64,000 bases of DNA, taken from Acidobacteriota bacterium. Its GTDB lineage: Bacteria > Acidobacteriota > UBA6911 > RPQK01 > JAJDTT01. Under the pieces are notes generated by a model. It searched no databases. It saw nothing but the letters and a program-made list of their open reading frames with translations, and had not been told where the DNA came from. A program made the position numbers and the translations under genes. The stretch lies in NCBI GenBank assembly GCA_965217775.1, contig CBDCJH010000002.1:4384001-4448000 (forward strand), in the 5' to 3' direction. Shown piece by piece: positions 1 through 10,753 of this stretch. The first letter of the stretch is position 1. Each line of letters opens with the position of its first letter.

Positions 1-179
1 AGGGGGGTGTAGCGGGGACTGGAAATCCCCCCTCCTGTTCCGGCCCCTGGCCACCGAATAGAGAATTTAACTGTCCCCTATTTGTTCTGTTCCCCATTTC
101 TTGACACTGGAACGCTTCGTGGCGAAGCTTCAACGCGCGGAGTAAAAAAGGTGACTGTCCTCTTCTCCTCCCTTGCCAA

Positions 180-638
180 TCACAGAATGGTGTTCAAGTC
201 GTCAAGAAGTACAATCCGGTCATCCAGCTCCTGGACTTGTTCGGCAAGACGTTTGGCTCTTGAAATCAGATCTTGTGCTGCCTTCCTGTCTCCTTGCAGC
301 GCCTTCGCGCGTGCGCTCGCCTTGTAGCCATAGCCGACAAAGTAGGGAGGCAGATCGTTGGTCTCACCGACCTCGACACATCGCTGGGCGAAATATTCCG
401 CGCGCTCCGGGAGTCCCGCCACGGCGTAGACGCGAGCCAGTTGCCAGCTCCCAATTGAGATGTTCAACGGTGTGTGATCCTCAACCTGATTCCAAGGCCA
501 GAAGGAAGCATGGGAGACGTGAATCATCTCTTCAGCTTCCTTGGCGGTGAGCTCCGGTTTACGCAGATACTCCCACGTCTGGTTGAAGCAGGAAGCGGCC
601 AATCTGCGGTGAGTCAGATTGTCTGATTGATTGTTCAT
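180..638 (-). CDS. Conserved hypothetical helical protein
   Basis: ATG at 638 with GGAG RBS (MNNQSD...HRRLAASCFNQTWEYL). Bracketed by palindromes at 147 and 663. Confidence 0.7.
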   Translation of the reverse strand: MNNQSDNLTHRRLAASCFNQTWEYLRKPELTAKEAEEMIHVSHASFWPWNQVEDHTPLNISIGSWQLARVYAVAGLPERAEYFAQRCVEVGETNDLPPYFVGYGYKASARAKALQGDRKAAQDLISRAKRLAEQVQELDDRIVLLDDLNTIL

Positions 639-812
639 GTCGTCTCCAATGCATGGGTGCAAGAACGTGTCTGTCCCCCTTCTCCTGCAGTGAAGATCGT
701 GAATCTGACGCCACGACATTTGCTGGGTGAAACAATCATGCATCGTTGGATCTTTCCCACGTTCATTATCTCGGTCCGGTCACGGCAGCCAGGGGTGGCA
801 GGTCGCGCTTGA

Positions 813-861
813 GAATAAGCCGGAATAAACCGGAATAAGCCGGAATAAGCCGGAATAAGCC
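813..861. repeat. Tandem 10-bp repeat (GGAATAAGCC) x5
   Basis: gaataagccggaataaaccggaataagccggaataagccggaataagcc. Confidence 0.9.
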
Positions 862-872
862 AACCCACAGTT

Positions 873-1709
873 TTACAAGCGATTCCAGCGCGCTCCCCGA
901 CCATGGCCCGTAGGTGTGATCAAACCTCGAGCCTTTAGAGTGGCGAGGTCTTCACGCAGTCGCCGCTTGTTGATTTGCGGTCCCAACTCGGCGAGGATCT
1001 CGCGCAGTGCCATGGCGCGATCCGCCTGATCGATTAGCGCAAGGATCTCCCGTTGCCGCTCGGTCAAAAGGGTCACCTTGACACGATCCGTTTGCGAGAG
1101 GGAAGCGGACCGTCACGCACCCTCCAGCGTTCTCGATCTCGGGAAGTGGCAGACCGGCAGAGGTCGTCAGCTCCGCCATCTTGAGAGTCCCGCGTCCCCA
1201 CTCCTCAATGATGCCTCACCGATAGAACGTACGGGCGATCAGTGGGTTCCACGGCAAGGATTCGTGCGGTGCGAACAGCTTTTCCGGGGTCAACCCGAAA
1301 TGCAAGGTGCCGGACGACGTCACCTCCAGGCGGTCATCAAGGCCAAGGTGGTGTTCCCAACCCGACGATACGCTATGCCTCGGTAAACGTACGGCCTTGC
1401 AGACCCGCGGCTTACGCGCACCACGACCACCTCACGGTCCCCCGCTATGGGAACCCGCTCGATCTCTGGAAAGGACGGCGGATCGATCCTTTGGATCTCG
1501 CCGCTCACGCCCTCAATCGTCCGGTCGCTCACTTGCTGTCCAGCCATGTCTCCATTGGGTGTGACACCGAACAGCACATACCCACCGCGTTGGTTGAGCA
1601 TGGCGCATACGGTTCGGGCTGCCTCACGGCGCTCTCCCGTCGTGCTCTTGAACTCCAGAGTCTGTGACTCGTGGGTGGAGACCAGCGCCGCAAGTCGCTC
1701 AGACGTCAT
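873..1709 (-). pseudogene. AlbA_2/Schlafen-like ATP-binding transcriptional regulator (with HATPase_c_4 and wHTH), fragmented
   Basis: N-terminal ESQTLEFKS...AMLNQRGGYVLFGV. Further pieces in other frames (GLPLPEIEN; HTH ending GHGRGARW). Confidence 0.7.
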
Positions 1710-2150
1710 CGGGCTTCCTCGACCACACGCATGGGATTATGGCGTATATCCACAAAATGGCTCTCATCTGCAACCATTCGTTCAGTGCGTCGAAGACCTT
1801 TTTGGAAGTGATCGAGTTCCTGCTCATTCCCTGATACGCACGTGAGTTTCATATACCCAAGTCTGCACCGACGATGTGTCAGCCGGGTAAATCCGTCTCG
1901 GGGCGCTCGAAGGCGCCAACTCCGAGCACAGGAAGCAGCGACAGCATTTCGGCCAGATAGCCGTCCATCACAGCTCGATCCGGGTCCGCCAACATGGGGC
2001 GTTGCGGATTTCTGAATCACCAATGGACGCGGATCGGTCATGTCCCCCGCCAAGGATGCGCGCCGGAAGATCCTCCGCCATCCGGTCAACCGCGACGATT
2101 CCTACCAGGAGCACTGCAGCACTCAAGAGATCCCGACTCGGCTTCCCACC

Positions 2151-2339
2151 CTATGACAAATTATTTTCCTTGCGTCGGCTCGCCAAACGCCGCAGAACCG
2201 GGTCCGTATATCGGTGCGCATGAAGCCAGTGATCAAGCTCGTCATGGGTCTTCCCCACGATCTCCGCGCTGACGCGATCCCGAATCTCCCGCATGGTCTT
2301 TACGCCATCGAATCCCCTCTTTTTCATTTTCTCAATCAT
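2151..2339 (-). CDS. Small putative antitoxin following a PIN-toxin C-terminal remnant
   Basis: FDGVKTMREIRDRVS. The overlapping upstream remnant reads ...VEIRTPREI, a typical PIN toxin C-terminus. Confidence 0.45.
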   Translation of the reverse strand: MIEKMKKRGFDGVKTMREIRDRVSAEIVGKTHDELDHWLHAHRYTDPVLRRLASRRKENNLS

Positions 2340-2451
2340 CGCATATCTCCCTCGGCGTCCGGATCTCGACTCCTGCCACCGTGGCAACGGCGATATGCAG
2401 GCCGTCGGCCAACCCTCGTGAGCTGAGCGTAAGCAAAGCGAGAATTGCGGT

Positions 2452-3688
2452 CTAGCGATTCCAACGACGCTTGAGGTAGAGGGGCACAAGCGCCAACAAC
2501 ACGGCAACGCTCAGATGAATCCATGGTTCGATTTTCCTACTGTTGCCGCTATTCCTCACAATCAGCATGCGAACTTGACGTCTCGCTTGGACTAGCTCCA
2601 GGCCCAGGGTGCTCTTGATGGCATGAGCAATCGAAGAATGATCTTCAGGATCGAACTGTAGCTTGATGCGATAAGAACCATAGAGTCTTGTCTCATCGAG
2701 CACCGGCCGATCCAGCCTTGATGCGACCACGTGCGCAAGACTCTCGACGCTGGAGGCCTCGAGTTCTCCTCTGGACGCACGGGAGTAACTCCCCTGGACC
2801 GCCGGTAGAGGCTCGAGCTTCGTCTCAGGCGATTTCCGCAATACGTAAGCGTCCACCATCCGGTTTTCCCAGACCGCTTCGATTCCCAGGGCGGCCGAGA
2901 CGGCCTGTTGCATCATGGGTGCCAAGAGATCCTGTCTGCCAGCCGTGTTGATCACGACATCGTACTTCTGTTTGGGCAACTCGGCCTCGATCAAGAATTG
3001 GCCTGGTCGAGCATTGAATGCGACTGGGAGAATATGTTCCGGAAGAAAGGAAATGATTTTGATCTCGCTGTGGCTGCGGCTCATTCCGCTACGATCACTC
3101 GTGGACGGGCGGATGAGTACTTGAAAAACCGGTTCCGGCCCGTCATCTCCCACCGCGAGGAGGGTGCCCGTGGACTTCTCCGGGACATCGGGCCGCCGCC
3201 CGGCCAAAAGATCGAGCAGAACCGTCTTGGTCACGTGATGGGGTTGTGTGACCGCTTGGATGACACCCTCCTTGTCGACCAGCACGGTGGCCGGAATGCC
3301 CATCACGGCATAGTCCCGGAATACGGATCGATCAAGATCGAGCCCAACCCAACCGGCGATGGGTTGAGAATCCAAGAAGGGTTCAATGATGCTCTCTTCC
3401 TCGTCCGATATGGAGAGGAACCGAACCGGCTGATCCGAGAATTCCTCCGCTAGTTCGTTGAAGTGGGGAATGGCTCCGATAACACGGCCCGCACCAAGTG
3501 GCCCAGAACTCCAGGACCAGCGCCTGACCCTTGAGGGCTTTCCAGCTCAAATCATTGTCGACCGGACCCTTCAGCATCGTATCGATGGCGAGTTCTGGAG
3601 CTCGGTCGCCGATCTTCGGTGGCGCACCGAGCACCAAGGCCGCAGTCATCATTATGTTGGCGAGCGTCCCGATCGAGATTCTTGGCAT
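2452..3688 (-). pseudogene. Redoxin (TlpA-like) plus TIGR03435-family protein, frameshifted near 3482
   Basis: EFWATWCGPC continues in another frame as IGAIPHFNELAEEF. The C-terminus has LDRPVLDETRLYGSY...LGLEL, as in TIGR03435. Confidence 0.7.
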
Positions 3689-3794
3689 CGTACGGCCTCC
3701 GCTAGTTCGTCGAATTCCATAGTGTCAGGCAAAGCGAGAATGTGACTATCACCTTTTCCTGCTCCGTCCCCTTCTCCTGCCCTCTCGCCTGGCT

Positions 3795-5477
3795 TCAGTC
3801 GGCTTCGTTGCGGGGGGACAACACCAGTGCTTCGTAGGTCGTGGGTTCGGAAACTCGCTCCATGGTCACGCCGAAGTTCTCGCGCAAGTATTTGAGCGCC
3901 ACCTCCCAGCCATCGGAGAAATCGACGGAAATGTCCACCCTGTGGTGGAAGGGATTGGCCGCCGCCGCACCCTCCCATTTCATTTCGACTTCGTCGAGAA
4001 GCTCGTTGTAGCCCTTCGCTAGATCGTTGAGTGCCGCATTTGTGAGCATGGTTCGTATCGCGTTAAAAAGCGGGAGCCCTGTGCCGTGAAGGTTTTTCCC
4101 ATTGGTGCTAGATGATTCTTCCCGCGCAGCGCTGATCGGAAAATCGGTTCCGTCCTGGGTAAATATCCAGCGGGTCCTGGTTCCCTGCCGCTCCTTCAAA
4201 TCGGTGACAAAACCGAAGCGCTGGCCAAGCCGCTTCACCCGCTTCAAGGGGTCCACAGTGATTCGGAGGGCAATTCGCGCCGAGTAGCGCCGTTTAGACA
4301 ACACCGAATCTGAAGTCTCCACCGGCATGTCTCCGAGAGTCTGTGCGATCTCGATCAACGGCGTACGGTGAAATTCGTACCGCACGATCCCGCCGCTCGC
4401 ATTCGACGACATACTTTGAACTCCCTTTGTCGGGTCATTCCAAGGGGGATGAACCACGATTTCCATCCCCTCCAGCGGCATGTAAAAGACACGGTTGTGC
4501 CAACGCCCAAATGGAGCCGACGCTCTGGCGAACGGGTCTGCTCTCAACACATCCTTGGGAGCCGGCTGGACGGCATCATCGGCCACCTCAAAGAACTCGT
4601 CAGCAAGCGGTACATTGTAGTTCCGATATCTCAATTCGTTGACTAGCTCCCATTCCTGCTGGCCCCCGTCCAAATAAACGCGGGAGTGGTTGGGCAATCG
4701 CGTCTGCGCGTCGACTTCGATTTCAAATCGGATGTCCGACGGTGTCTTCCTGCCCAACGAGGAGCTTCGCCAGATTGAAAAAAGAACTGTCTGTCTCCGT
4801 TCCTCCCGATCGATCTGATACGACAACCCCTCAAGTTGCTCGCGCCCGGGCAGGACCAGATTCTTGCTGACCTTATCCACGGACCAAGCGCCTGGCCAGG
4901 GGAGGTTCTTCCGGTACCAGGCACCCTCAATGTTCATGTACACGGACTTGTCATCGGACAGAACCACCTGCCGGGCGGGGCCGGTACCGACCTCGGCGCG
5001 GAAATAGTGAGGGGCCTGGAACCAGTGCTTCACCGGCACCCGCTCTCCCCTTTCCCCGCGGAACCAGCCCTCCGTGCGCACCGAAGAGAGTTTGCGCACT
5101 TCCTCGACCACCTGCGCCCACGCCAGCGTGGATGTTCCGCGCCAAAGTACGCCGAGAAACAGGCCGGCCAGTGCGATAGCAAGCGCCGACATCCAGGCCG
5201 GTCGCGGCAACGCCAGCCAAAATCCCGACTGTCGCGGCTGCTCATGCTCCGAGCGAATTGCCTTCAGGGTGCTGGCACGGGCCGCAGCCAGGAGTTGGGC
5301 GGGTGGCTCCGACGCGCTGATGTCGGCACTCAGTTCCAGGATCGTGCGTGCTGCCTCGACGTCGCCGGCCGTTTCGGGGTGAGCAGCCAGATAGTCATCG
5401 AATTCCCGCGCGACCGCATTCGGCAACTCGCCCCGCACGTAGTCGGTCAATCTTCTCTCAAAATCGATTCTGTCCAT
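3795..5477 (-). CDS. Anti-sigma factor with TM helix and large extracytoplasmic domain
   Basis: N-terminal zf-HC2-like segment (LTDYVRGEL...LAAHPE), one TM helix, LAWAQVVE motif. Directly downstream of an ECF sigma factor. Confidence 0.7.
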   Translation of the reverse strand: MDRIDFERRLTDYVRGELPNAVAREFDDYLAAHPETAGDVEAARTILELSADISASEPPAQLLAAARASTLKAIRSEHEQPRQSGFWLALPRPAWMSALAIALAGLFLGVLWRGTSTLAWAQVVEEVRKLSSVRTEGWFRGERGERVPVKHWFQAPHYFRAEVGTGPARQVVLSDDKSVYMNIEGAWYRKNLPWPGAWSVDKVSKNLVLPGREQLEGLSYQIDREERRQTVLFSIWRSSSLGRKTPSDIRFEIEVDAQTRLPNHSRVYLDGGQQEWELVNELRYRNYNVPLADEFFEVADDAVQPAPKDVLRADPFARASAPFGRWHNRVFYMPLEGMEIVVHPPWNDPTKGVQSMSSNASGGIVRYEFHRTPLIEIAQTLGDMPVETSDSVLSKRRYSARIALRITVDPLKRVKRLGQRFGFVTDLKERQGTRTRWIFTQDGTDFPISAAREESSSTNGKNLHGTGLPLFNAIRTMLTNAALNDLAKGYNELLDEVEMKWEGAAAANPFHHRVDISVDFSDGWEVALKYLRENFGVTMERVSEPTTYEALVLSPRNEAD

Positions 5478-5490
5478 TGCTCTTGTCCTT

Positions 5491-5991
5491 TCAGCCCGTG
5501 CCCATCGAAGCCCGGATTTTCTTCAGTGCCTTGTACTCGCTGGACCTTGCCGAACCCGCGCTGCACCCCAGTTGCGCGGCAATTTCGGCGTAGGTCCATC
5601 CCTCAAAGTTGCGCAGAGCAAAGACGGTGCGCTGGCGCTCGGGCAAATCGGCTGCCAAGTCGCGTACCCGGTCCATGAGCAAGCGACGCTCTACGTCCAT
5701 GTCGACGTTGGCTTCCACCGCGGAATGCTCTTCAATGCCAACCGTCACTCGTTGCCGGCGCCGTGCGTTGAAGGCGACGTTCGTCGCCACTCGACAGAGC
5801 CAAGCCTTGGGATAGGCGATCACCTCGCCGCGTGTGCAAGCGGCATGGAAGCGGAGAAAGGTCTCCTGGAAGATCTCCTGAGCCTGGTCGGCGTTAGGGA
5901 CAATCTTGTAGGCGACCTTGAGGACTAGCCGTCCATAATCGTCTATGGCCTTGGCGCTGATGTCGGCCGATCTCTTTGCGAATACCTTCAT
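5491..5991 (-). CDS. ECF RNA polymerase sigma factor
   Basis: AQEIFQETFLR, KAWLCRVATN, and region 4 LPERQRTVFALRNFEGWTYAEIAAQLG. Confidence 0.9.
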   Translation of the reverse strand: MKVFAKRSADISAKAIDDYGRLVLKVAYKIVPNADQAQEIFQETFLRFHAACTRGEVIAYPKAWLCRVATNVAFNARRRQRVTVGIEEHSAVEANVDMDVERRLLMDRVRDLAADLPERQRTVFALRNFEGWTYAEIAAQLGCSAGSARSSEYKALKKIRASMGTG

Positions 5992-6243
5992 TTCGTTTGG
6001 CCGCCGGGAGTACATCGAACCGGATCGTGCTCGCCAGCGTCTTCTCCCTATATGACCCGCGAACCGCAATTTTGTGAACCCACAAAATCCTTCTGGACCG
6101 CAAAGCATGGTTTGTCGGAGAGAGATGAACGTGACTGCCCCCTATTCCTGGGCGCGGATGGACCTACTTGGAGCACCCGGCGTGGAGGCGCGCGACAAGT
6201 AGTAGGGATTACAGACTGGGCACTGATAGGTTACACTTTACAA

Positions 6244-6522
6244 GTGATTGTCCGCTTCCGGCACAAGGGTCTCCAGCTTCTCTTCGAGAAAGGGGATCGA
6301 CAGCGGGTGGCGCCAGCGTACGTTGCCAAGGTGGAGCGTATCTTGGCACGTCTGGACGAGGCGACGGCTCCCACCGGCATGGATCTGCCGGGATTCCGGC
6401 TGCATCCTCTGAAAGGCGATCTTGCCGGTTATTGGGCGGTTACCGTGTCCGGCAACTGGCGCATCGTCTTTCGCTTCGCGGGCACGGATGCCACTGACGT
6501 GGACTTGATCGATTACCACTGA
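6244..6522 (+). CDS. higB: HigB/RelE-family toxin
   Basis: [11 protein letters not shown]...[26 protein letters not shown]...DYH. Confidence 0.9.
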   Translation: MIVRFRHKGLQLLFEKGDRQRVAPAYVAKVERILARLDEATAPTGMDLPGFRLHPLKGDLAGYWAVTVSGNWRIVFRFAGTDATDVDLIDYH

Positions 6523-6536
6523 AGGAGAACCATGAC

Positions 6537-6827
6537 ATGCCGATGAAAAAACCACCCCACCCCGGTTTTTCCGTCCGTCACGATTGCCTGGAACCTTTAG
6601 GACTGAGCGTGACGGAAGCTGCAAGGAAGCTCGGGGTCAGCCGCAAGCAGATGTCCGATGTGGTCAATGGCCATTCGGGGATCTCACCGGAGATGGCGAT
6701 CCGCCTTGACAAAGCCTTCGGTGGAGGCGCGAACACGTGGTACCGATTGCAGGCGGCCTACGACTTGGCGCAGGCGATGAAGAAAGCCGATCAGATCAAA
6801 GTGGAGCGGCTGTCGACGGTCGCATAG
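6537..6827 (+). CDS. higA: HigA-family antitoxin
   Basis: PPHPG...[16 protein letters not shown]...ISPEMAIRL. Confidence 0.9.
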   Translation: MPMKKPPHPGFSVRHDCLEPLGLSVTEAARKLGVSRKQMSDVVNGHSGISPEMAIRLDKAFGGGANTWYRLQAAYDLAQAMKKADQIKVERLSTVA

Positions 6828-6925
6828 CCCGCATTCCTCACCGGGGGACGCGATAATCGCACAGGATTTGTCCCCTCAGGAACGAATAGAGAAGGTAATT
6901 GTCCCCTTTTCCCGCGCACAAATAG

Positions 6926-6988
6926 TGGATCACGTTTGAAGAACAGGACGGATACATCGACCTCTTGAACTTGGAGAATTACCACTGA
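6926..6988 (+). pseudogene. 3' remnant of a second HigB toxin
   Basis: WITFEEQDGYIDLLNLENYH* begins just after the palindrome at 6889 and overlaps the next higA start. Confidence 0.6.
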
Positions 6989-7293
6989 TGGCGACCAATG
7001 GGATCAAAGTGAACATGACCCCTTCCCATCCGGGCGACTTCATCCGTACGGGCGTCATCGAGGAGTTGGGTCTGACCGTGATGAAGGTGGCCCAGATCCT
7101 GGGAGTTCGCCGGGCAACGCTTTCGGATCTGCTGAACGGCAAGGCTGCGCTGTCGCCGGAGATGGCCTTACGCATCGAAAAGGCTTTTGGCGTGAGCATG
7201 GATATGCTGCTGCGGATGCAGGCCTGGTACGACGCCTCGCAGATGCGGGCCCGTGCAAGTGAGATCACCGTCCAGCGATACGTGCCCGCCTGA
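6988..7293 (+). CDS. higA: HigA-family antitoxin (orphan)
   Basis: PSHPGDFIR...LSPEMALRIEKAFG. Confidence 0.88.
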   Translation: MATNGIKVNMTPSHPGDFIRTGVIEELGLTVMKVAQILGVRRATLSDLLNGKAALSPEMALRIEKAFGVSMDMLLRMQAWYDASQMRARASEITVQRYVPA

Positions 7294-7357
7294 ACGACAA
7301 CCATTTTCCGGCGCAAACGGTGATCCAGAAGGGGGACTGTCCCCTTCTTTTCCCTTT

Positions 7358-7618
7358 GACGCCTGGGCGGACACTACGACGCCTTCTATCCGCATCTACA
7401 AGGGACACGCACAGGAGGCTGAAGAGCATGATGCCGAACTCCACACCTCCGGCATCCTCAAAATCTACATTCAGGACTTCCTGAGGTAACTCATGACGTC
7501 ACGGACGGAGGGAGCGGATTTGCAGGAGCGCATGGCCGCCCTGAACTGGATTGGCCAGCTCTTCTTTGGCAAGCTCTGGGACATCTACGCCAAGCATTTC
7601 ATCGAGTACGGACCCTGA
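7358..7618 (+). pseudogene. C-terminal remnant of a larger enzyme (patatin/GMC-oxidoreductase-associated domain)
   Basis: DAWADTTT...GILKIYIQDFL*...GQLFFGKLWDIY. Starts right after the palindrome at 7328 and has an internal stop. Confidence 0.45.
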
Positions 7619-7629
7619 GGAGGAGTGGA

Positions 7630-8994
7630 ATGAAAATCATTCTGGTTCCGCACACTCCATACAAGTATCGGGCTTCGGTTTGGGCAGCAGCGGTCGGAAC
7701 CGACAGCCCTCCGCAGGGCCTCATCATCACCCTGCAGCCTGAAGGCAGGTCTATTGCCGTCTCAGACAGGTCCTGGCGAAAGCTATCGTACTCGGAGGCA
7801 AGTGGGCACAACGTCTTCGTGCAGGTTATCACCGTGCGGGATTTGGAGCCGGGAAGGAGATATGAGCTGACATCGCACGGAGGAAGCAGAGCCAGGATTT
7901 CCACTCTGCCTTCCTCACTGCCCGAGGAAGGAGGGAGGCCTTTCACAGTTCTTCTGGGATCCTGCTTTCACCAGGGAACCGACCAAGAGGGACAATACGG
8001 AAGGGCCGTCAAGTTGCTCCCAGAGGAACAGAAGCCGGACCTGAAGATTCTGTCTGGAGACCAGGTCTATCTCGATATCCCGATCTTTACAGTGAAAAGG
8101 GCGAAAGAGAAGCTTCTGGCAAAGGACTTCATGGAGAAGTATTTGAGAAGCTGGACGCAGAGGGGGAGTCTCGGCGAAGGCTTTCTGAGCGTCCTCGAAA
8201 CCGGAGGCACCTTTTTTACTGCCGATGATCACGAATTCTGGAACAACTACCCAAACTGGACAACCCTCATCCCTCTCTCTTGGACCAAGTCAGGACGCAG
8301 AACGTGGCAGAGGGTGTCCAGGACCCTCTATGGGGACTTTCAGTCAGATGACCCGGCGCAGACAGGCCGATGCCGGCGCTTTGATGTTGGCGAGCTTTCG
8401 TTTTTTGTTGCGGACACACGTTATTTTCGGGAAGAAGGCAATCAGCGTTTCATGAAGGATTGTGACATGTATCAGCTTGGAGTCTGGGTGAGAGGGCTGG
8501 AGGGACCGGGTATTCTGGTCGTGGGTCAGCCCATCTTTGACGGGCCCTCAGGCTGGTTCAGCTCAAGGTTTGAAGACCGCTCTCTTGCGGACTACGAACA
8601 GTACAAGGAACTGGTGAAGATCCTCCATGAGAGTACCCACTCGATAGTTCTGCTGACTGGCGACGTGCACTATGGCCGGATGGTATCCGTCTCCCTTAAC
8701 ATCAGGCCGGAGCCGATCAAGATCATCGAAGTCATCTCCTCGCCTACGTCTCTGGTTAATCCCTTTGTCGGCGGAAGCGCAAAGGACCCGCCCGAAAAGT
8801 TCCCACCCGTAGCGATTCCAGGAATTGTTCCCTCGGCTCCCACAAATCACTACATGACAGCAGAGGATAATTTTGCCACCCTTCATTTCAACAAACGGGG
8901 AGGAAAGGTCCGGATGAGGATTCGGTACTGGTTTCCGAAGCAGGCGTCAGCGAGTGTTCTGGCAGGACACTGTCTACCACCCTTGGATCTCTGA
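7630..8994 (+). CDS. Alkaline phosphatase D (PhoD)-like metallophosphoesterase
   Basis: GSC, GDQVYLD, DDHEFWNN, DTR and LTGDVHYG motifs. No signal peptide seen. Confidence 0.85.
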   Translation: MKIILVPHTPYKYRASVWAAAVGTDSPPQGLIITLQPEGRSIAVSDRSWRKLSYSEASGHNVFVQVITVRDLEPGRRYELTSHGGSRARISTLPSSLPEEGGRPFTVLLGSCFHQGTDQEGQYGRAVKLLPEEQKPDLKILSGDQVYLDIPIFTVKRAKEKLLAKDFMEKYLRSWTQRGSLGEGFLSVLETGGTFFTADDHEFWNNYPNWTTLIPLSWTKSGRRTWQRVSRTLYGDFQSDDPAQTGRCRRFDVGELSFFVADTRYFREEGNQRFMKDCDMYQLGVWVRGLEGPGILVVGQPIFDGPSGWFSSRFEDRSLADYEQYKELVKILHESTHSIVLLTGDVHYGRMVSVSLNIRPEPIKIIEVISSPTSLVNPFVGGSAKDPPEKFPPVAIPGIVPSAPTNHYMTAEDNFATLHFNKRGGKVRMRIRYWFPKQASASVLAGHCLPPLDL

Positions 8995-9003
8995 GGAAGA
9001 ACT

Positions 9004-9762
9004 ATGATCTCATCACGACAGTCTGTTGCGGCCGAGCCAAATCCCGGTCTAAAGCCGGAGTCGCGGGAGCAGGCAGAATCGAATGCGGGATGGCTCGAAC
9101 GTGTACTTGGAGACAAGAAACCCGAGGGATGGATTTGTCTTTTCGGCGGCGCCAATCTGACGGATTTCAGGTTGCGGGTGGCTCAGTCGCATGTACGAAA
9201 TGACCTGCTGCCGAGCTTCTGGTCTCATGTCGCCATTGTCGAGAGCGCGAAATCGGATTCTCCGATGGAGTGGAAGCTTGACGAGGTGAGACTGGACCCC
9301 TTGGAGGGATTTGGAAACGTTGCTGCAAACAACGGCGTGCAGCAGAGTAGCTTCAGGCGCTACGCCGATCCCGGCCTTTTCCCCAACATCGGGATCGTTA
9401 ACTTTCACGTTGATGCTGAACTCATCAAGGAATCCAAGGACAAGTTCAGAAGTCAGCGCAACCTTATCGATGTTCCGGGGCTGATGGTTGATTGGCTAGC
9501 TTATGCCTGGGGCGTGGCGGACCGCGGCAATCCTCTCCTCGAGGCAGTCGGAATACCTAGTGCGTCGTTTGTCGAGGGCGTCTTTGCAATTGCCGGGTTG
9601 GATCTCACCCCAGGCCTGTCCGCCAGGTCAAGTTGCCCGGAGGCAATCTGGCAGGCGGCAAAGTGGTGGCACCGGTTTTACTCCTCTGAGGCGGGCCTCA
9701 CAAAGAGGGCGCCGGAAGGCTGTTACGCCATAGGCCAGGAAGCCGCAGCAGTCCTCATGTAA
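9004..9762 (+). CDS. Permuted papain-like (NlpC/P60, YaeF/YiiX-type) protein
   Basis: His motif WSHVAI precedes Cys motif SSCPEAIW. Confidence 0.5.
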   Translation: MISSRQSVAAEPNPGLKPESREQAESNAGWLERVLGDKKPEGWICLFGGANLTDFRLRVAQSHVRNDLLPSFWSHVAIVESAKSDSPMEWKLDEVRLDPLEGFGNVAANNGVQQSSFRRYADPGLFPNIGIVNFHVDAELIKESKDKFRSQRNLIDVPGLMVDWLAYAWGVADRGNPLLEAVGIPSASFVEGVFAIAGLDLTPGLSARSSCPEAIWQAAKWWHRFYSSEAGLTKRAPEGCYAIGQEAAAVLM

Positions 9763-10006
9763 CCAAAGCGAGAGATTCTACAGCCAAGAGCATCGTGAAA
9801 CAGGTCTATTTATCTGATTTGAACGCGCACGCACGAAGTTGACTGTCCCCTTTTCGCACCCACAGTCGCTGTGAATTACGTGGCCGCCCGGAGTCGGGAC
9901 ACCATGCTGGGAGAGCTTCCTCGGATCGAAGAAGAGCGATCGAGAAGGTGACTGTCCCCTACTCTTCCCGCAGGAAGGACAAGTACAAAGACGTGGAGAT
10001 ATAACC

Positions 10007-10618
10007 ATGATAGTCGTTACAAGAGAGACCATCGCCGGAAAACGCATCCGAAAGACGTTGGGGCTCGTGCGCGGCAACACCGTGCGCGCCCGTCACGTGG
10101 GCAAGGACATCCTGGCGTTATTGAGGAATCTGGTGGGCGGTGAGGTTCATGAGTACGGGAAGCTACTGCCCGAAAGCCGAGAGCAGGCCCTCGATCGCAT
10201 GGTCAGCGAGGCTGACGCGCTCGGGGCCAACGCCGTCGTGGCCACGCGCTTCACGACCTCAATGATGATGGGCGGCGCCGCCGAACTACTGGCGGTGGGT
10301 ACCGCTGTGGTGATCGAAAACGAAGATTGGAGGGAAGCAGAGCGACCCGCGCGCCGTTTGCTTCGCTCGATGACGGCGCCCACAATCGCAACTGAAAACG
10401 TAAACGTGACTGTCCCCTTTTCGCGGTCTCCTTGTATTGGCGAACGGTTTGCCTCGACGGAGATGGCGCTCACGGTCGCGCCGATGATGCAGCAGCTTTC
10501 GGTGGAACTGACACCAGGTCAGGGCAAACCGAAGTTGCGGGTTTTGGTGTCGCTGCGCCCAAAAGACGGGCTGCACGTCGTCTGGAAGAGTAGGGCAGCG
10601 TGCTTCGCACCGTCCTAG
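10007..10618 (+). CDS. YbjQ (UPF0145) protein read through in frame into a cytochrome P450 C-terminal fragment
   Basis: aa 1-104 are typical YbjQ. After the palindrome at 10402 the frame reads PF..SPCIGERFASTEM...LRPKDGL, resembling the P450 heme-Cys region. Confidence 0.7.
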   Translation: MIVVTRETIAGKRIRKTLGLVRGNTVRARHVGKDILALLRNLVGGEVHEYGKLLPESREQALDRMVSEADALGANAVVATRFTTSMMMGGAAELLAVGTAVVIENEDWREAERPARRLLRSMTAPTIATENVNVTVPFSRSPCIGERFASTEMALTVAPMMQQLSVELTPGQGKPKLRVLVSLRPKDGLHVVWKSRAACFAPS

Positions 10619-10753
10619 ATTTTCTCGACCGAGGGACAATATGGAAAAAAAGGAATCCCGCCATTGGGACCGCGGAACAACTGGATTACGCGTGTGTTCT
10701 AACCTTCAGAGAGTGGATTACGCGTATTCTGTACTTTCTCCAGGAAAGCAATA

